Shown here: piece after piece, positions 59,456-64,000 of the stretch
Position numbering within the stretch: the stretch's first letter is position 1
How the letters are laid out: each line of letters begins with the position of its first letter
Assembly (NCBI GenBank): GCA_041653535.1
Contig: JBAZFH010000002.1
Location: forward strand, 80,160 to 144,159
Source: Patescibacteria group bacterium
GTDB taxonomy: Bacteria; Patescibacteriota; Patescibacteriia; JACRDY01
DNA length: 64,000 bases
Direction of reading: 5' to 3'
Program-made: the position numbers and the translations under genes
The notes under the pieces: generated by a model
The model's database searches: none
What the model was told of the DNA's origin: nothing
What the model saw: only the letters and a program-made list of their open reading frames with translations

Positions 59456-61729
59456 TTATTTTGCCCATTGTTCACCTTCTTCCAGTTTCACTGAAAGTAA
59501 TTTTGAGATTCCGTCATCACCCATGGTGACACCATATAAAACATCTGCCCGACGCATGCTGGCGCGATTATGGGTAACTACTATAAATTGGGTTTGCGCT
59601 GCTAATTTTTCCAAAATAGCCGCTAGCCGTTCGGAGTTGGCTTCGTCAAGAGCCGCATCGACTTCATCGAGTACAACGAACGGAGATGGATTGCAGGCAA
59701 TAATAGCACAAATTAAAGCAATAGAAGTCATTGCTCTCTCACCACCGGAAAGAGTGTTGAGACTGGCTATTTTTTTGCCTGGAGGACAGGCCTTGATATC
59801 TACTCCGCCATATTCGTATTCAACGTTGGTTTTCTTATTATTTATTTTCACTTCTTGTTCGTTTTCGGTTTCCTGTTCATCGTCGTCATCTTTTGGTTTT
59901 ACTTCAAACATTATTTTTTCCAGAGAAGCGCGACCGCCGGCAAAAAGAATAGTAAAGTATTCCCCAAATTTTTCATTAATATTTTTGAAAGTTAGATCAA
60001 AGCGCTTGTGAATGTCTTCATCAAGTTCTTTTATTACTTTTCTAAGAGAGTCGATAGCTTTTATTAAATCGTCATATTGCGTCTGCAAAAATTCAAAGCG
60101 TTCTTTAATTTCTTCATATTCTTTGAGGGATTCCTCGTCCAGACCGCCGATGAGTTCGAGTTGATGCTTAACACGCTGGATTTTTTCGTAGTTTTCAGCC
60201 ACTTCGCTTTTTGGCAGCTCGGTTCCTTGGTTGCGGATTTCTGTTCTCAGTTCTTCAACAGCGACTTCGCGTTCAATCTCGTTTTCCAGATCTTCCTTAC
60301 GGGTTTCTAGTTTCGCCAGCTCTACTTTGATGTCGTTGAGTTCTATAGAAATAGTATTGATTTCGGTTTGTTTGCCGGAAAATTGTCGCTGCAATTCGAA
60401 AAACTTACCCTTTTTTTGTTCTTGAGATTTGTTATGGTCGGTTATTTCCGTTTGCACTGTTTGTAATTCCTTTTCTATCGCGTCAATTTCGCTGTTTACC
60501 AGTTCCAATGTTTTAATCAGCTCGTCATCAATTTCAATTTCTTCTTCATTAGGTTGTTTTACTTTTTTGAGCAATTTTTTGAGTCGATCGATTACCGTTG
60601 TCGTTTTTTCTTTGGCGTGACCAAGGTGTGACAGCTCTGTTATCTGATCAAGGTGATCTAGCAGTTGGCTGTGCAAATCAAGCAGTGCTTCTATTTCTCG
60701 CGCCATTTCTGTCGCAGAAATTGGGATGAATTCTCTTTTAGCTTCTTGTTTGGCAACATTGATTTTATGTTGCAGCGAAAGTTGTTTTTCCCGCAATGCG
60801 TTTTTTTTATCGAGCGTAGCGCTAAACTTTTTTTGCAAAGCAGCAAAAATTTCCTGACCTGATTCTTCTTGCTCTAGGGAATCAAGCTGTCTTTGGATGG
60901 CAGCGATTTCTTTTTGTTCTATTTCTATTTTTTTATTTAGTGTCAAAAATTGTTCATGATAGTTTTTCCATTGGTGAGAAATTTCGAAATATAGCGCGCC
61001 GTAATATTGTTTTTGTAATCCGTGCAATTCTTGTTCCACCTCTTCGCGTTTTTCCAAACGTTTGACCATGCGGCCGAGTGAGCGGTAGCGCGGACCAAGC
61101 TCGCCCAGGGTGATTTCGGTTTGTTTGAGATTATCCTCGGTTTTTTCCAGTCGAGAGATGGTTTGGTCTTTTTTGATCTGGTATTCTTTTACTCCGGCTG
61201 CCTCATCAAAAAATTCTTTACGCTCGGCTTGCGAGGCGACCAGAAAATGGTCAACCATGCCTTGTCCGATAACACTGTAAGTGCGTTGACCAAAGTTGGC
61301 TTTAGCAAGAAGTATTTGGATATCTGCGAGACGAACCTTTGTTTTATTAAGTAAATATTCTGATTCGCCGTCGCGGTATAGCCGGCGGGTGATTACCAGC
61401 TCCGAATAGTCTATTGCCGCTGAACCGTCTTCATTGTTTAAATAAAGAGAAACCTCTGCCATACCCATACGCGCTTTGCGATCTGAACCAAAAAATATGA
61501 CGTCTTCTGATTTTTTCCCGCGCAAAGTTTTCATTGACTGTTCACCGAGTACCCAGCGGATGGCGTCGGCGATATTGGACTTACCGCTGCCATTGGGACC
61601 GACGACGGCAGTAATGCCTTTACCCTTGCCGTTGGCCGAAGGGAATTCTAAAATCGTCCGCCCAGCGAACGATTTAAAACCTTGGATTTCTAGTTTTTGC
61701 AGATACATAAAAGCTGTTTTATTATACAA
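59456..61729 (-). CDS. smc: SMC-family chromosome-segregation ATPase (short, apparently hinge-less, 757 aa)
   Basis: N-terminal GFKSF...VVGPNGSGKSNIADAIRWVLGEQS Walker A; coiled coil; C-terminal LSGGERAMTSIAL and VLDEVDAALD; no hinge motif seen. Confidence 0.8.
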   Translation of the reverse strand: MYNKTAFMYLQKLEIQGFKSFAGRTILEFPSANGKGKGITAVVGPNGSGKSNIADAIRWVLGEQSMKTLRGKKSEDVIFFGSDRKARMGMAEVSLYLNNEDGSAAIDYSELVITRRLYRDGESEYLLNKTKVRLADIQILLAKANFGQRTYSVIGQGMVDHFLVASQAERKEFFDEAAGVKEYQIKKDQTISRLEKTEDNLKQTEITLGELGPRYRSLGRMVKRLEKREEVEQELHGLQKQYYGALYFEISHQWKNYHEQFLTLNKKIEIEQKEIAAIQRQLDSLEQEESGQEIFAALQKKFSATLDKKNALREKQLSLQHKINVAKQEAKREFIPISATEMAREIEALLDLHSQLLDHLDQITELSHLGHAKEKTTTVIDRLKKLLKKVKQPNEEEIEIDDELIKTLELVNSEIDAIEKELQTVQTEITDHNKSQEQKKGKFFELQRQFSGKQTEINTISIELNDIKVELAKLETRKEDLENEIEREVAVEELRTEIRNQGTELPKSEVAENYEKIQRVKHQLELIGGLDEESLKEYEEIKERFEFLQTQYDDLIKAIDSLRKVIKELDEDIHKRFDLTFKNINEKFGEYFTILFAGGRASLEKIMFEVKPKDDDDEQETENEQEVKINNKKTNVEYEYGGVDIKACPPGKKIASLNTLSGGERAMTSIALICAIIACNPSPFVVLDEVDAALDEANSERLAAILEKLAAQTQFIVVTHNRASMRRADVLYGVTMGDDGISKLLSVKLEEGEQWAK

Positions 61730-61881
61730 TATTGTAAAAAGAAAAACAAAGGTTTTAGCGGATAATTTGGGATTTTATCTTGACGTAATTTATAAAAAGT
61801 GTTAAGTTAAGATATTGAATTTTGACAATAAATTAATTACCAAAAGCCAATAGAGTTTCGAATCTCGGAAAGGAGATATAG

Positions 61882-62949
61882 ATGACAACGGATAAAATCT
61901 TCAGAAGGCTTTCGAAATTATTACCCGCCTCTCATGAAGACCTGGTTTCTTTAGCGCAGAGGTGGAAAAAAAGCATGGTACGACAAGAAATAAAGAAAAC
62001 CGTGCGTAACAAAGGAGAGGGAAGCTTTTCCATGGCTATAAGGCATGTAGATGTTTTATGGTCAGAAAATACTAAAACTGCGGCTGCAAAGAAGGCTGCC
62101 GCGCAAGACATTCATTCTTGTTATCCTAATATCGGATTAGTGTTCAGGGTTTTGTTTTGTTTCGCGGCTTTATGTATTATACCTATTGCGATATATTTAG
62201 AGTGGAGCTTGAAGGTATCCCTGATCTCTGTTTTTTCGTTTGGATTTTTTGCTTTCGTGCAAAGACCTATTGCCTATCTTTTTGAGTGGCGTGCTGCCAG
62301 GAAGGCATTGCTGCAGGAAAGACTTGATGCCGCCGGCGACGTGGAGGACGTCGTCGTCGATTATGCAAAAGATATAATCAGTAAAGAAGAATTTTTGATG
62401 ATTGGCGCAGAAAGCCGATATCAGAAATTGTTTGATAAGTTGCAAAGCGCTCGCAACCAAATCGGTGCTCTTCTTGAAGAATTACGTTTGGTTGTGCAAA
62501 CCGGAGAGACTTATTGTGGCAGTCGCGTGGAGCAAGCGATCAAGCGCGCCGAGGCTATTATTTCCAAGCTCGATGACAATATCAATGATTTACAAAAATG
62601 GCGCGACGTAGTGGCAGCGCATTTTTCGGATTGTTTGACGCGAGCGAAAAAAATGTCCGGACCGCTCCACGAATATCGCTTGCTCAAACAAGTCGATAAG
62701 CTGGAGCTTGTCGGCGAACGCTTAGCTTTTGATACCGCTGAGTTTATTTCCAGCTCAAGTGCAGAGCTGGTTCAGCGGCTTAGCACTGCGGAAGGGTTGA
62801 TCATGCAGACGTATGACGATGTTAATGTTCGTAATCTTGTTGAGAGCACGAAGTTACATTTGGTGAATATCGAAACTTTTCCGATGTTGGAAATCGACGG
62901 TGCGGTGAACCGTATCGTTGAAAGCGGCAAAAAGATTAACTTCTCATGA
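61882..62949 (+). CDS. membrane hypothetical protein
   Basis: 355-aa ORF with RBS aaaggagatatagATG, two central TM helices and helical C-terminus. Confidence 0.45.
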   Translation: MTTDKIFRRLSKLLPASHEDLVSLAQRWKKSMVRQEIKKTVRNKGEGSFSMAIRHVDVLWSENTKTAAAKKAAAQDIHSCYPNIGLVFRVLFCFAALCIIPIAIYLEWSLKVSLISVFSFGFFAFVQRPIAYLFEWRAARKALLQERLDAAGDVEDVVVDYAKDIISKEEFLMIGAESRYQKLFDKLQSARNQIGALLEELRLVVQTGETYCGSRVEQAIKRAEAIISKLDDNINDLQKWRDVVAAHFSDCLTRAKKMSGPLHEYRLLKQVDKLELVGERLAFDTAEFISSSSAELVQRLSTAEGLIMQTYDDVNVRNLVESTKLHLVNIETFPMLEIDGAVNRIVESGKKINFS

Positions 62950-63163
62950 ATTATTTACTCCCTGATAGTTATTGTCAGGGAGTTTTTTTATTGGTGATTA
63001 ATAGCCGGAGGGCATTAATTAGTGTCCTGATTACTAGATTATCGATCTTCGGTTAATAAATTATTGACAAAAATCATTATATTTGATAAACATAGTTAAT
63101 GTTCATTACATATAAATTAAGCGATTTAATAATCGTTTTTGCCGTAAAAGGAGGAATGGTAAA

Positions 63164-64000
63164 ATGAAAGTGGCTATCATTATCAGTAGGGAGCTGCGAG
63201 AGGATGTCGAGGCGTTTTTTGCCAGGCTTTCGCCACCACCGGACGACATTTTGGAGGTATTTGGTTTTTCTCTTGATAACATGCCGACCGAGCAGGAAGT
63301 TCGGAGAGCTTACGGCGAGATGGTAAAAAAATATCATCCCGATGGCTTTTTCCAGTTTCAAGATAAAGAAATTTTGGAGAAGACCGACTATATTTTTCGG
63401 ATTATTCGGGGTGCTTACGAGCGTCTCGATACCATGCAGAAGATCATTGATTATCAGGAACAAGCCGCGGCGGGTGCTGTCAAAAACGCAAAAAGTCAGC
63501 GACTGCAGCGAGACTTGCAAGGTATTATTGCCTTTGACAAGGCAATGGGATGTTTGAATTATAAGGACTACCGCAGCGCTGTTGAGTTTTTCAAAATCGC
63601 TTTGGACATCAATCCGTCCGATCAGGATCGGATGAGCTATTACGCTTGGGCGTTATTTAAACTGTCTTTGCAAATCAAAGAAGATGCAGCTCGCGCTGTT
63701 GCTGAAGGAAGAAAGATTGACAACAAAGAAGATTTCGTCGAGATGCAGGCGAGGTCGCGGGATCTTCTAAATCAGGCAGTGGAAAGAAATAAGAAAACCG
63801 CATCCATCGCTTATTTATTCCTGGGGCATATTTATTTGTCCGAGGGACTGATCGAGATGGCGGAGACTAATTACCACCTGGCTTTAGCGCGCAATCCGAA
63901 TTTAGCGGAGGCGATTCGCGTTTTGCGCAATATCGACATCAAGCGCCGTCAAAAAGAAGCCGAAGCCCTGGAAGCTTCAAAGGGTATGTTTGTTCGTTGG
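63164..64000 (+). CDS. J-domain (DnaJ-like) protein with TPR repeats, 3' truncated by the window edge
   Basis: EVRRAYGEMVKKYHPDGF (HPD motif); TPR-like repeats (YKDYRSAVEFFKIALDINPSD...); RBS aaaggaggaatggtaaaATG; open to window end. Confidence 0.75.
   Translation, partial: MKVAIIISRELREDVEAFFARLSPPPDDILEVFGFSLDNMPTEQEVRRAYGEMVKKYHPDGFFQFQDKEILEKTDYIFRIIRGAYERLDTMQKIIDYQEQAAAGAVKNAKSQRLQRDLQGIIAFDKAMGCLNYKDYRSAVEFFKIALDINPSDQDRMSYYAWALFKLSLQIKEDAARAVAEGRKIDNKEDFVEMQARSRDLLNQAVERNKKTASIAYLFLGHIYLSEGLIEMAETNYHLALARNPNLAEAIRVLRNIDIKRRQKEAEALEASKGMFVRW

Overview
This window is AT-rich with short genes, an unlinked 16S rRNA and many tRNAs, which fits a reduced-genome bacterium of the candidate phyla radiation (Patescibacteria). 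The housekeeping backbone includes lspA, a DksA/TraR-family protein, the rpsO-NYN-pnp operon, a XerC/D-like recombinase, malic enzyme, cspA-like, ychF, rmuC, rpsT, holA, polA, trmD, a KH-domain protein, rpsP, a short SMC and a J-domain/TPR protein. Several accessory features interrupt it. (1) A ~7.7 kb integrative island sits in the 3' end of tRNA-His, bounded by an exact 18-nt direct repeat of the tRNA 3' end, with a large serine recombinase at the tRNA-proximal end. Its cargo includes a translationally coupled tRNA-guanine-transglycosylase-like (TGT/DpdA-like) protein and a PIN-domain nuclease, convergent with a PD-(D/E)xK/winged-helix nuclease; I rate this the best candidate for an undescribed modification/defence or toxin-immunity module. 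(2) Two tRNA-rich segments carry small YhbQ-type GIY-YIG nuclease genes (one with an in-frame TAA), duplicated tRNA 5' fragments interrupted by GC-rich palindromes, tRNA half-fragments and a conserved ~110-nt structured element. (3) Two four-helix-bundle (23S-IVS-protein family) genes are each flanked by low-complexity GGTAG/CCTAC inverted repeats; solitary arms of the same repeat family sit directly at the start codons of polA, holA, ychF, trmD and rpsT and form the pnp leader hairpin. (4) An atypical protein-kinase-like gene and a GC-rich unknown gene are inserted into the rpsP-trmD cluster, and several other genes are markedly GC-rich (two SPFH-domain genes). (5) A cluster of DnaA boxes (candidate oriC), a promoter+terminator-bounded sRNA candidate, perfect 16-bp TGTTTCACGTGAAACA palindromes bounding a 2.2 kb tRNA segment, and several dispersed repeat families are also present. 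I found no CRISPR array.
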